A stretch of DNA of 62,676 nucleotides, from positions 1 through 62,676 of the forward strand of contig NW_021832390.1 in the NCBI RefSeq assembly GCF_006345805.1, read 5' to 3'. The notes below the pieces were generated by a model. The model did no database searches. It was not told where the DNA came from and was given only the letters and a program-made list of their open reading frames with translations. Numbering within the stretch: position 1 is the first letter of the stretch; every line of letters begins with the position of its first letter. Position numbers and translations under genes: made by a program. Shown here one piece after another: positions 27,299 through 41,891 of this stretch. This DNA is from Octopus sinensis. Taxonomy: Eukaryota.

Positions 27299-27815
27299 AT
27301 GTTTCTTTATTAGCCACACAGGGCTGCACACAGATAGAAGAAATTACAAGGTAGAGCTTTTCTTTTGGGGGTAAAAAAAAAAAGGAGAGTGGTGGTTTTC
27401 GATCAAAAGGGATCGTAAAAGGAAAGAAAAAGGACAAAAAAAAAGGGGAGGGGTTAAAAAAAGGGGGGGAGAGAAAAAAAATGAATAATAGGGATCGTTA
27501 TCACAGAAATGTCAATATGAAGTGTAAAGGGGAGGACAGGTGAGGTTTACCCGTGGAAAGAAAAGCCTACGGAAAAGACCACGGTAACCTCGGTCAAACT
27601 TGTGACTTCATTGACCGAGGTTACCGTGGTCTTTTCCGTAGGCTTTTCTTTCCACGGGTAAACCTCACCTGTCCTCCCCTTTACACTTAATATTGACATT
27701 TCTGTGATAACGATCCCTATTATTCATTTTTTTCTCTCCCCCCCTTTTTTTAACCCCTCCCCTTTTATTTGTCCTTTTTCTTTCCTTTTACGATCCCTTT
27801 TGATCGAAAACCACC
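27299..27815 (-). mobile_element. Tx1/L1-clade LINE 3' UTR copy 1 with inverted duplication (arms 27391-27597 and 27611-27815)
   Basis: Same 3' terminal sequence as copy 2; (AGAT)n on both sides. Confidence 0.85.
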
Positions 27816-27867
27816 AGATAGATAGATAGATAGATAGAAAGATAGATAGAGACAGATAGATAGAGAC

Positions 27868-27910
<43 letters not shown>

Positions 27911-27930
27911 GATATAGATAGATAGATAGA

Positions 27931-29811
<1,881 letters not shown>

Positions 29812-30112
29812 TTTGCATTTGAATAAATATATGTAGTTTTATATTTATAATATACATATGCTTCTCAGTTCATATATTTATTTAAAGACATGTATGTATA
29901 CGTATAACTGTATATGTGCGTTTGTGTGTGTGCGTAGAAATACTTGAATCAAAGATCAAGGAAGTTTGAAACCCAACGATAATTCAATATACATACGCAC
30001 ACATAAATACACACGCAAACATTTACATTATATATACATAGACATACATACATATATATAAATATATATATACACATACATATATATATATATGCATATA
30101 TTTGTATATGCC

Positions 30113-30160
<48 letters not shown>

Positions 30161-30284
30161 ATATGTGTGTATATATATATATATATACATAATATAATTA
30201 TATATATATATATTATATATTATATATATATATATATTATAATATATATATATGTATGTATGTATGATATAATATTTATATATA

Positions 30285-30476
30285 CTTTATTTAAAAAAGC
30301 AGCAGAATTCACAAACTGTTACCTTACTCGGAGTTTCACGTTCCTGTTCGTCGGACAGTTTTGTTAAAATTTTGTTCGTCGGACAGTTTTGTAAAATTTA
30401 ACAAAACTGTCCGACGAACGGGGACGTGAAACTCCGAGTACAGGTTTTGTTGAATTTCTGCTGCTTTTAAATAAAG
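30285..30476. mobile_element. Fold-back repeat, family H4, with hammerhead-like motif carrying CCGACGA core
   Basis: ctttatttaaaaaagcagcagaattc...ttgttcgtcggacagttttgttaaaattt is inverted as aaatttaacaaaactgtccgacgaacggggacgtgaaactccgagta...ctgctgcttttaaataaag; ~30-bp internal tandem duplication; (TA)n on the left. Confidence 0.7.
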
Positions 30477-30561
30477 CATATTACTCTACCCCTGGTATTT
30501 GAGTACTCTTTTTTTCCACCTTGTTTCACATTATGTGTTTACTCCGGTATATTTATATATA

Positions 30562-30622
<61 letters not shown>

Positions 30623-31449
30623 CGCACACACACAAACAAAGACACATACACAGCATTTTCAAACATCTATTAAATACACGACTGTGTTCGACTTTGATGT
30701 GTTTTTATTAGCAATTTTCGTATTTCCTCATTAATACTTTACGTTCCATTTGGAACGCCATCCTTCCTAAATCCATTATTCCATCAACTTCATGAATCTA
30801 TCTCATTTCCATTCTCAGAATGAAATTATTACAAACTGGCATCTTTCCCGCGATTTTCGTTGAAATCGGAAACTAAGAGTCTCGGTAAATTTTCTTTCGT
30901 TTTTACCGATACAAAAATTTGAAAAAATTATTCAGTGGTTAAACCCGGTGGCTTTCGTTGTTAATTTTGTATTTGTTTTCGATGTGGGTTGTAAGTGTTT
31001 GTCTTCTTTATTTGTTGATTCTGGTGTCAATTAGTAAAGCTTTCGTTCACGTGGAACTCTGTATAGAATTACAGTTATTCGGAGTTATTGTTTCTGTTTC
31101 GACTTTTGTTGCGTGTGCTCTATTTTAAGAGTGTTGCGATGGCTGTTTGTGTAAATATGGTCCGGTGGAACAACATTCAAAATATATCCACAACTAAAAA
31201 TATGAGTTCGTTCAAATACAAAAAAAAATAGAATCCTTGCTTAAAATTGAACAGACATACAGAAACGAAAGAAAACCAGAAAAACAAACATGATTTTAAT
31301 GAAACCTGTCTTTCAGCTTAAATATCTGAACAATAAAAGCATTTGCATCCAATATAGATTGAACTCTCTAAGAACTCTTTCATTTGCAACTTCGAGGCTC
31401 ATGAATCTGCCTGCTTACCTCCTTACTTAGAGATAGAAAAATGGATCTC

Positions 31450-31638
31450 AAATTTTGGCACAAGGCCAGCAATTTTGGGGAAGGTGGTGAGTCGATAACA
31501 TCGACCCCAGTGATCAACTGGTACTTATTTTATCGACACCAAAACGATGAAAGACGAAGTCGCCCTTGGTGGAATTTGAACTCAAAACCTAAAGACGGGT
31601 GAGCTGCAGCCCAGCGTGCTAACGATTCTGCCAGCTCC
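31450..31638 (-). mobile_element. SINE family A monomer (tail A)
   Basis: ggcacaaggccagcaattttgggg...gatgaaagacgaagtcg...ggaatttgaactc...gctaacgattctgccagctc. Confidence 0.85.
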
Positions 31639-31735
31639 CCAAAGTCTTGTTAATATTCATGTGGTAATATTCTAATATTCATGTAGTAATATTCTTTAAG
31701 GTTTTCGCCACATGTAATTTTTTGCATTATACAAT

Positions 31736-32098
31736 TTTACTCTTTTACTTGTTTCAGTCATTAGACTACGGCCATGCTGGGGCACCGCCATGAATAATGT
31801 TTGTCAAACGAATCGATCCCAGTACTTTTATGTTAAGATCGGTACTTATTTTATTGGTTTCTTTTGCCGAACCACTAAGTTACGGCGACATATACACAAC
31901 AAAACCAGTTGTCGGACGGTGATGGGGGACAAACACTGACACACACACATACGCACATATACGATGGGTTTCTTTCAGTTTCCCACTACTAAGTCCATTC
32001 TCAAGGTTTTGGTCGACCTAAGACCATAGTAGCAAGTATTCGCCTAAAGTGCACGCAGTGGGACTGAACCTGAAACCATGTGGTTGGGAAATAAACTT
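31736..32098 (-). mobile_element. CORE SINE family B, near full length
   Basis: ttactcttttacttgtttcagtc...gcagtgggactgaacctgaaaccatgtggttgg. Confidence 0.85.
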
Positions 32099-32675
32099 AT
32101 TTTTAATGAATTTCAACTGATAATAATTTCATCGATAATAATCCCTAGTATTATGTTTCTGTCGGGTAATGTTATCTAGGATAATCGTGTTCACCGTACC
32201 ATTCACTCTCCTCGCTTCGTTTGTAGACAGGAACCGCAAACGAGACTCACGTCGTGGATAAAGAAAATAACATTTAACAAGCGAAAATTATTTATAGCGG
32301 CAAGAGCATGGCGCCATGTTGGATATAATTAGAGAAATAGGAACACGAACAAAAGGAAGTCATTGAAGCTATTAGCGGACATATTAATTGCAATCCTTGG
32401 CGTAAATAAATAACGGATAGGTTGCTGTTTTCTTACTTAATCCCAAATGAGCTCTAATCATATAGATTTATGATTAAGCTGGTGACTACCGACCCTATTG
32501 AAGATTGAATAACAGAGAATGTATTATTTAATATCTTTTCTTTTTCCTAAGATTGTTGGTTGCAATTTGAGGCAGATGTGTCTGCTATTTCTAGCAAGTG
32601 GATTGGCTGCATAGAGTCAATCATTTTGTACGGTGTGTGATAAATTCGAGATCAGCTGTTCTCGTAGTTACCTTA

Positions 32676-32912
32676 CCTATTTTTTTACTACCTACAAGGG
32701 GCTAAACATAGAGAGGACAAACAAGGACAGACAAACGGATTAAGTCGGTTATATCGACCCCAGTACGCAACTGGTACTTAATTTATCGACCCCGAAATGA
32801 TGAAAGGCAAAGTCGAATTCGGTGGAATTTGAACTCAGAACGTAGTGTCAGACGAAATACCGCTAAGCATTTCGCCTGGCGTCCTAACGCTTCTGCCAGC
32901 TCGCCGTCTTCA
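32676..32912 (-). mobile_element. SINE family A monomer (tail B) with perfect 15-bp TSD
   Basis: ctcgtagttacctta at 32661-32675 and again at 32913-32927. Confidence 0.92.
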
Positions 32913-33402
32913 CTCGTAGTTACCTTAACCTCAGTCCTGGTAACAATGTTAACAATTAGAACAAAAGCTTTCTCGTAAAATAAATTAGCGATATTTTGAC
33001 GTTGTACTGTTTTATTTATCATTAGTTTTCAAATATAATTACAGCGGTGAAGTTGAAGAGAAGACAGACTGTCTGACTGAATATGATTATCAATAAATAT
33101 TTCTGCTTATGAATTCTTCGTCCTACCATTACTGAACCTTGAAACGTCAGAAACACTTACGTGCTGTTCATTATAATGAGGGCACAGACACAAAAGTGTG
33201 GCGATTGTGGCACGGTCGGCGGGGGGTCGAAAGTGTAAGGAAATCTTCACGAGGAGAATTGATTAGAAGGGGAATTGTCAGTAGTCTAGTATAAGACACA
33301 GTGACTACTAAACTGTACCAAGTACTAGCAAGTAATACAGTTACTAATAAATAGCAATTTACTAACAAGTACCAGTAACATTAACAAGTAGCAATATTAC
33401 TA

Positions 33403-33454
33403 TTAGGTTGGTGCATAATTATTGCGGCTCTTTTCCAATAAATTGTATTCAATA
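33403..33454 (+). mobile_element. Solo mariner-MITE terminal fragment
   Basis: TA|ttaggttggtgcataattattgc matches the TIR of the 33865-34117 MITE. Confidence 0.7.
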
Positions 33455-33456
33455 CG

Positions 33457-33563
33457 CGCAGGAGTAGCTGTGTGGTAAGTAGCTTGCTTACTAACCACAT
33501 GGTTGGGTTGAGTCCCACTGTGTGGCACCTTGGGTAAGTGTCTTCTACTATAGCCTTGGGTGG
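33457..33563 (+). mobile_element. CORE SINE family B, 5' part
   Basis: gcaggagtagctgtgtggtaagtagcttgcttactaaccacatgg...gtggcaccttgggtaagtgtcttc. Confidence 0.85.
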
Positions 33564-33625
33564 TAGTAAGTAGTAGTAGTAGTGATGGTGGTGGTGGTGG
33601 TGGTATTAGTAGTGGTAGTGGTGTG

Positions 33626-33664
<39 letters not shown>

Positions 33665-33689
33665 TAGTAGTAGTAGTAGTAGTTACAAG

Positions 33690-33820
<131 letters not shown>

Positions 33821-33864
33821 AAGTAGTCTTGACCCTCTGAGTTCAACTTCCAATAATTTAATTA

Positions 33865-34117
33865 TTGGGTTGGTGCATAATTATTGCAGCTTTTTTTTCA
33901 ACAAATTTTTTTCAACAAAAACAATAACAACATGTAACGAAAACATCTTTAATGGATTGTTCAGGAGCATAGTCACCATCTACTTCAATTACTGCTTCCC
34001 ATTTGCTTGGCAGACGGTCGGAATAATCATTTAGAGATGTTTTTGTTAAATATTGTTATTGTTTTTGTTGAATAAAATTTGTTGAAAAAAACCCACAATA
34101 ATTATGCACCAATCCAA
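33865..34117. mobile_element. mariner-derived MITE with ~98-bp inverted arms and TA TSD
   Basis: TA|ttgggttggtgcataattattg ... caataattatgcaccaatccaa|TA. The core on the - strand encodes DRLPSKWEAVIEVDGDYAP, which resembles the extreme C-terminus of mariner transposase. Confidence 0.88.
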
Positions 34118-34429
34118 TACTTTTATATATTTCTTTTTGCAGCCCTCAAGAAATGTTTGACAAAAAAACTGAAGAAATTTGAAAGAGAAGAAAAGTAAGA
34201 CAATTTTTTTTTTCAAAGACGGAAGCTAAGTGTAAAATTTGGAAAGAAATGGAGAGAGAATAAAAGAGTGGCATCTTGTCAAATAATTCTTTGAGAATTT
34301 TCTGGAAGAGAATCTTGTGGGAATTGAAAGTAATCTAAGAAATTAGAATGGTTTCTGTGACGTGATTGGTTTCATATCTGCTGTGGTGAATAGTCTTCGA
34401 CTGATCCCCTTCAGCGCTGTCAATGGAGG

Positions 34430-35073
34430 TGATGGCAATGGTGGTGGTGTTGATGGCGGTGTTTGAGTGGCGGCGGTGGTGGTGGTGGTGGTGAGTCGGT
34501 GGCCGTGGCGATGGTGGTGGTGGTGGTGGTGTTGGATATGATGGCGGTGGAATTGGCCGAGAGTGTTGATCGTGTTGGGTGTTGGTAGCGGTGATGCAAA
34601 TGATTGTGGTAATGGTGATGGTGGCGGTGAGTGTGTTAGTGGTGGTGGTGGTAGTTATGGTGCTAGGGGTGATTGCGGTGGTGAGGGCGGTGATGGTATC
34701 GGCTGAGGTAGCAAAGATAGCGTTTGTTGTAGTAGCAGTGGTTGTACTAGTGGTTTCGATATCTTGGTGGTGTTAGTGGTAGCGGCATTGATGGTGGTGT
34801 TGTCGACGGTGGCGATGTCTGGTTGAGGTGCTAGTGGTGGTGATACTGATGATGTTGATTGTGTTTTTGGTGGTGTTGGAATCGGTAAACCTGGTGGTTG
34901 CGGCGGCGATGGTGGTGGTGGTGGTGGTTTTAGTAATAGAAGTAGCGGTTTGTTTGATTTTCAGGAATGCATCAAGTGAAAGTCAGGTGTTAGTCACTCC
35001 AGTCCAAGTAATGTTAGAGTTCAAGACACTGCCAAAAGATGGTGGCGGTGGTGGCAGTAGTAGCAGTAGTAGT

Positions 35074-35122
<49 letters not shown>

Positions 35123-35123
35123 A

Positions 35124-35174
<51 letters not shown>

Positions 35175-35177
35175 AAA

Positions 35178-35246
<69 letters not shown>

Positions 35247-35249
35247 AAA

Positions 35250-35281
<32 letters not shown>

Positions 35282-35310
35282 TAGTAGTAGTAGTAGTAGT
35301 AGTAGTAGAT
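34430..35310 (+). repeat. (GGT)/(AGT)/(AGC) low-complexity region
   Basis: Direct sequence; encloses an 80-nt complex island at 34965-35041. Confidence 0.9.
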
Positions 35311-35854
35311 GTGTATAATGCTGACTAAATTCTAGTTTCGGTTGATGGTAGAAAATTGTGAACTAAAACTGATGTATAGAACGTATGTGAGTGCTTCTGT
35401 GATTATATGTATATGTATACGAATATACGTACATATATGTGTGTGATACACACACACACACACACATACAGAATAGAGTGAGATAATGAAAAAGTGGGAT
35501 TGAGAGAACGAAAGACCAACGCAACAGGATGGGGCAGATGTACAATAAAAACTAATAAGTTGACATTAGAAGCCGTTGATAGTTAATTATGATGATTTGG
35601 ATGTTGACTCTCCCCTGAATAAAGATGGCGGATGGAAACAGCTAAAGAAAGAACGAGGAAAATGAAAAATATGAAAGTGTTAGTCTAAATGTACTAATCT
35701 ACAGGTTTCTATTGGTTTGTACGGCAACCGTTGAATGACCGGAGGTAGTGGGCCGGACAAGGCTTGGGCTTAAGAACAAGAGAGTAGATGAGAGCCCTGG
35801 GAATTGTCTATTTGCGTGTGTTAGTGTGTGTATTCGCGAGTGTGTAGAAGAATT

Positions 35855-35926
<72 letters not shown>

Positions 35927-36412
35927 GTGTGTGTATTCGCGAGTGTGCAGAAGAATTAGAATGTCTGTGCGTGTGTGTATCTGTGAATGTGCTGCACTAA
36001 AGTGACTCACATTCTCCCTGAAGTTATTAATTGGTGTTCCTTATGCCACTCAGTTCCATACTATCAGAAATAAACCTTTTCCCCAAACAGTAATTTTCTG
36101 TGATTCCTCCATCTCACCACTATGCACATCTCTATTTCGTACGAGGAACCTAATCCAAACGCTGTCCAATCCGTAACTCCCAGCTATTGGACTCCCACAG
36201 TTTGCTCCTACCATAACCATACAAACAATTCGGTGTTTCACTTTGTAAACAACTATTCCAAAACACTGAGCATCTTCAGATGTTACTATTCTATCTGAAG
36301 ATCTTCATCTTCCGTTGACGTCTGGAAATGGCAGCAAACAGATGTGAACAACTGTAAACATTCCCCTCGTTTTACGCATTCTTTTTCTGTCTGTTCTTCG
36401 AGTTGAACTAAG

Positions 36413-36791
36413 TCTTTTCTACTATAGGCACAAGGGCCGAAATTTTAGGGGAAAAGGGCCAGTACGCAACTGGTACTTAATTTATCGACTTCGAAAAGAT
36501 GAAAAGCAAAGTCAACCGCGGCGGCATTTGAACTCAGAACATAAAGACAGACGAAATACCTATTTCTTTATTGCCCACAAGGAGCTAAACACAGAGGGGA
36601 CAAACAAGGACAGACAAACGGATTAAGTCGATTACATCAACCCCAGTGCGTAACTGGTACTTATTTAATCGACCCCGAATGGATGAAAGACAAAGTCGAC
36701 CTCGGCGGAATTTGAACTCAGAACGTAACGGCAGACGAAATACTGCTAAGCATTTCGCCTAGTGTAGTAACGATTCTACCAGTTCGCCGCC
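36413..36791 (-). mobile_element. SINE family A dimer
   Basis: Same architecture and junction (cagacgaaatacctatttcttt at ~36548-36569) as 3489-3885. Confidence 0.9.
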
Positions 36792-37665
36792 CTTTCTGTT
36801 GAACCAAGGCTGTCAGAGTTCTATTCCTGTAGACCACACTCTTATAGACTCTCATCATTGAGAATGTTACCCAAAGTAATTTTGACGCCTTCCACTCCAA
36901 TAAAATCTTCAGTTCTACCAGGAACAAGAATCTGGGCAAGTTGTCCGTCAACCTAATTCATCCATCTCTAATCTCTTTGACTGGAATCATCTCTGATCTC
37001 CTGGACTTGATGGCTTTTCTAGTGGTTTATATAGCATGACCTAGTTATTATCGTTCCGTGGGGATGTACTAAGGACCTAGAAATCTATGGGCAAAGTCCT
37101 TTCTCCTCTCAGGTGCTTATTTAAAATACGATTCATATCTTTATTGATCTATTTTTGTCGACAGTTTATAACAAACTTAAACTTTGGAATGAAATAATAT
37201 TATTTCACTCCAAATAATTCGATACTTGCCTTTCTGATCATCTTTGTCTCGGGTATGACGTCACTTTGTAATTAATTATTTACAGTAATCATTTCATTTA
37301 GTAACATATTGATCCTCAAGGGATTAATATGTCGGCACAGGTTCGATCTCATTGTGGGCAAGTGTATTCTCGCATAATCACAAATTCCATTCTGGACTTG
37401 TAACAGAAACAAGAGAGTCGGAAACTGTAAAGAAGCCTGCTGGCCTATCTGTACCAGCTTTTGAATTTTAGAATTAATTCTTCGTCTCATTTAATAACAC
37501 AACCACCCGGATCTTGGGTCCCTTATGCGGAATCTATTCTGTTGTAAACATCCAGATTAGATCTCCGAATTTTTCCTCTTTCCCTCAACCAGTCTTCGAT
37601 GTTCTCCAAACATCAGAAACGCCATACTTCTTTCTCACTCCCTGTCGTTATACCTTCTTTGATCT

Positions 37666-37797
37666 GCCGAGGTCGACTTTGCTTTCATCCTCTCGGGGTC
37701 GATAAATTAAGTACCTATTACATACTGGGGTCGATCAAATCGACTGCTCTACCCTCCTCATCCAAATTTCAAACTCTGTGCCTATAAAAGAAAGGAT
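37666..37797 (+). mobile_element. 5'-truncated SINE family A
   Basis: gccgaggtcgactttgctttcatcctctcggggtcgataaattaagtacc. Confidence 0.85.
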
Positions 37798-38260
37798 TAC
37801 ATCTTTTTTTTTATTAATTTCACTAATTACACTCATACACAATATCTTCAAATGTATTCTGTTACAGAATTGAACATTTAAGATTTTACTGGATCAATAA
37901 ATCATAAGGCGGATCTTATGATTAAGCACTTTGACAGAATTCTGTCCTTATCTTAATCTTAACATCCTATTTAGAAGAACATTAAAATTTCAACGATTTC
38001 ATCTTCAGAACTAGCAACACGACCAATTGTTACGAAAACAATTCTGTCTGTTTCTTTTTCTTTTTCTTTTCATTTTTTCTTTCCAAATCATTAAATAGTT
38101 ATTGTTTGAAAGAAGGTGAGTGAAAATTCTTCAATTTAACGCATTTTTGTTTATCGGTTCACCCTCACCCCAAATCTCGTACAAGTTCACGTTTCATTGA
38201 TACAAATTAACATTCGCACTGCGGTAACACACTCTTCCTCTCTCCCTTCACTCTCTTTCT

Positions 38261-38310
<50 letters not shown>

Positions 38311-38875
38311 CCCTCACCTCAGATTCCATACATAAAAGCAATGACGTAACACAGTTTTGCTCTCCCAACGGTAATAAACGTTTTTCAAACTTGGTCATAA
38401 AATTAATCGACGTTTTTGCTTTACACAGACTAAAACATAACCTAGAATAAAAAAATAATAAACAAATTAAATAAGACATAAAGAAAAGCTTTAAAAGTTG
38501 CAAGAACAACCACCACGATGAAGAATGACAAGTAAAATTTTTCAGATTGTTCTTTGGGAAAAAATACCACTAGTACGTGTTTTACCATTTTCTAGCATCG
38601 TCTTGGATTCTAGTGATTCATGAGTAAAGGATTTTTTCTTTCTTTTTTTTTTGCTATGGTTTCCAGTACACCACTCACAATATAAACAAATGGTGGAAAC
38701 TTAAAAGTGTCTTACTGAGATCGTACATGACCACACGCAAAAACACACACATGAAGAGAAGCATAGAGACACAAATAAACACACACATACACACACGCAT
38801 AAACACATACGAATATACATAGATACACATACATTCAAACAAGCTTACAGCTGTATGTTGAGAAGAATTGCTAAC

Positions 38876-39016
38876 AGGTGCCGGAGTGGCTGTGTAGTAA
38901 GTAGCTTGCTTACCAACCACATGGTTCCGGGTTCAGTCCCACTGTGTGGCACCTTAGGCAAGTGTCTTTTACTATAGCCTCGGGTCGACCAAAGTCGTGT
39001 GAGTGGATTTGGTCGA
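38876..39016 (+). mobile_element. CORE SINE family B, 5' part
   Basis: ggagtggctgtgtagtaagtagcttgcttaccaaccacatggttccgggttcagtccc...ggcaccttaggcaagtgtc. Confidence 0.9.
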
Positions 39017-39521
39017 CCCTGAGAAGACGTCCTTCTAAAGGAAGCTCCAGCTGTTTGAATTTAGGTCCAAATTCCAAGCAAACCCAAATAAGTTTTATTA
39101 GAAAAGAATGAATTCGTTGAATATTGTAATCCGGGATACTCTGAGATTGGACAAAGATGGTGCTTTCATTCCAACAACATTGAGCATGAGCTAACGGACG
39201 AGTAAGCCTTTACGTAGTCACACGATTTTCTAGAAACAACAGTTAAATTTTCAACTCATAATCTATCCATTTTGCGAAATGTACTAATAGCTTTGATAAT
39301 GTAGTCCTTGATACACCATTCCTAAAGAAGAAATGGTGGAATAATCACGGTTGTAAAGAATTTGAATCATTCGTATTGAGTCGGGGTTGATCAAGTTTTA
39401 AACAACAACAATACCGACAAAGTAGATGAGAGGAAAGTATCCCCTCCGGGGACACAACGGAATTCCTGCGAGAGATTCAAAATGAAAATTCGTCACATAT
39501 TGGTTTCAAATAATAGTACAA

Positions 39522-39690
39522 GACCCGCAATTTCAGAGGAGGAGGTAAATCGATTACATCAACCCCAGTATACAACTGCTACTTATTTTATCGACACCGA
39601 TGAAAGGCAAAGTTGACCTCGGCGAAATTTGGAACTCAAAACTTAAAAACAGACGAAATGCCCGACGTGCTAATAATGTTTCCGCCAACT
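39522..39690 (-). mobile_element. Diverged SINE family A monomer
   Basis: gatgaaaggcaaagttgacctcggcgaaatttggaactc. Confidence 0.75.
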
Positions 39691-41367
39691 CATTACCTCT
39701 TAACATATTGTTATTCCTGGATCCTGTCCACGCGGCCATTAGAGTCCTTCCGCCAGCTTATTGCCTCATGTTATTCCTGAATCCTATCCACGTTGCCACC
39801 GTAATCCTTCTCTTCAGAATAACCGACATTTATCTCTAAAATATAAACAACAGAATTCTTTCAAAATTTCCTCATTATATATCATTATTTCTCTAGAAAA
39901 TAATTTACTTCTCTGAAATATTTTTTTTTTTTTTTTTACTAAGAAAGGAAAAAAAAGCTATTCAAGTATTGTATCAGAAATTCATTCTTAATTCATTGTT
40001 CATAATCTTTTGTCGATCTAAATTATATAATTCTATACTTAGACAAAATTGATTATTATAAAAAATATTATTAATCGAAGTCAGAATAAAGAATATTTTG
40101 GTAAGAAATAAACCAATTTTAATCAAAATATCTTGTCGTATTTGAGTATTGTTTTCTAGGAACGAATGTCCTCTATTTCAGATGAAATGACATGAGATGC
40201 AGTGGTGATCATATTTTTACTGACTACATTGACAGGGGTTCTTATTTGGGATCTTTTGTAGGTTTGTGGGGTTTAATACATTAGTGAATGGAAGAAAGGC
40301 AAGGGGAATGTCATTAAACCTGATTCGGGGCAATGTGTAGCCAATGGGAAAATGCTATCATCAAGTGGAGTGCTTAACCTTAAAATTTTTCATTCGGGCA
40401 AGCGCCCTTAAATTTATCGAGAACCCGGTGGTATTGTTAAAATTGTCAACGGATTAAAACTCTTCCATGTCAGCGAATTGTAACCATAATGCCAATATCA
40501 TTTGGATAATATTGGTGGAATATTTTCCACATGGTGCAAATAATGTATCTTTCATGGTGGCGTTGCAGAGAATAGAACTTCTGCTATTTTAGTCGAGCCC
40601 AATAACCAAGTCCCCATCATGCCATTTATTATTATTTTTCTTTTTTTGTGATTCCCAATATATAAACATATTTCATCTTATAAACCATTCTAAAGCTGCG
40701 TGAACCAACGAGAGTCTGTATACTACAAAAAGTGATCAAAAGCTAATGTTTTAAGGAGGGTTTGTCTTTAAAAGACAACGAAGTGGGTTTTGAGCAAACC
40801 TTGTAATAGACGTCTGGATTTTCTCACTTAGCTTCACGGCACACTGTCATATCTTAACTTAGAAACATTTCTAGATCGAAATCAATCAACAAACATCTGG
40901 TTTCAAAATAAAAATAAAACTTCTTAAAACAAGAGTCGCCATATTTAGAACAGAGATAAAAACAAACAAATGAAAATATATATTTGTTCATTTACAATTC
41001 TATCACATTTTTCATATTCTTTTACTACAAACACACACACGCACACACACACACACACATCAACATTTAAACGTATGTAGATATAGTTGTGTGTGTATGT
41101 ATGCATGGATATAGATATATGTATGTATGCATGTGCATATATATATATAATATATATATATACACATATATATGCACACACATGTACACACACTAAATAT
41201 ATATATATATATGTAGGTATGTGTGTATGTATGTACTTTTATACGTGTGTATATACATTTATATATGATTATGTATATAAATATACACACACACTCATAC
41301 ACACACACTCATTCACACACACTTATACACACACACACTTATACACACATACACTCATACACACACT

Positions 41368-41399
<32 letters not shown>

Positions 41400-41796
41400 A
41401 CACACACACACACACACAACATTTTCCTGGTAAATTTCGGCTGTATTTTTGTATTTTTGCTTTTTTGTTTACTTTATTGTCAAATTGTTCGGCTGACTAT
41501 TTCACCAGAAATATTTATAATCACAAATATAGGAGAAAAAAACGTTTTATCATAAAAAAAAATATCTCACTTTTCCATTTTAGTCACACTTTCTCTCCTT
41601 TTCATAATTTTGTTTTCTAAATTTTTACTCCAAATATTTAGCTACATATTAGAATATGTATGTGTATGTAGGTATATACATATGTTTGATAATCGCCGAC
41701 ATACACTTATATACACATACACACACGCATACACACAAGGACACGGATACACACATATATGTATAAAGAGAAAGAGAGAGAAAGTGATAGACTGAC

Positions 41797-41891
<95 letters not shown>

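Noticed and set aside
39102-39201. Open frame KNEFVEYCNPGYSEIGQRWC (sushi-like CNPGY) ending at a GTAAGC donor
   Set aside because: Cys/Trp spacing does not fit a CCP domain, and the donor appears to lie in a decayed dispersed repeat.
39707-39808. Two degenerate ~42-bp direct repeats
   Set aside because: Simple local duplication next to a SINE head; nothing further supports a function.
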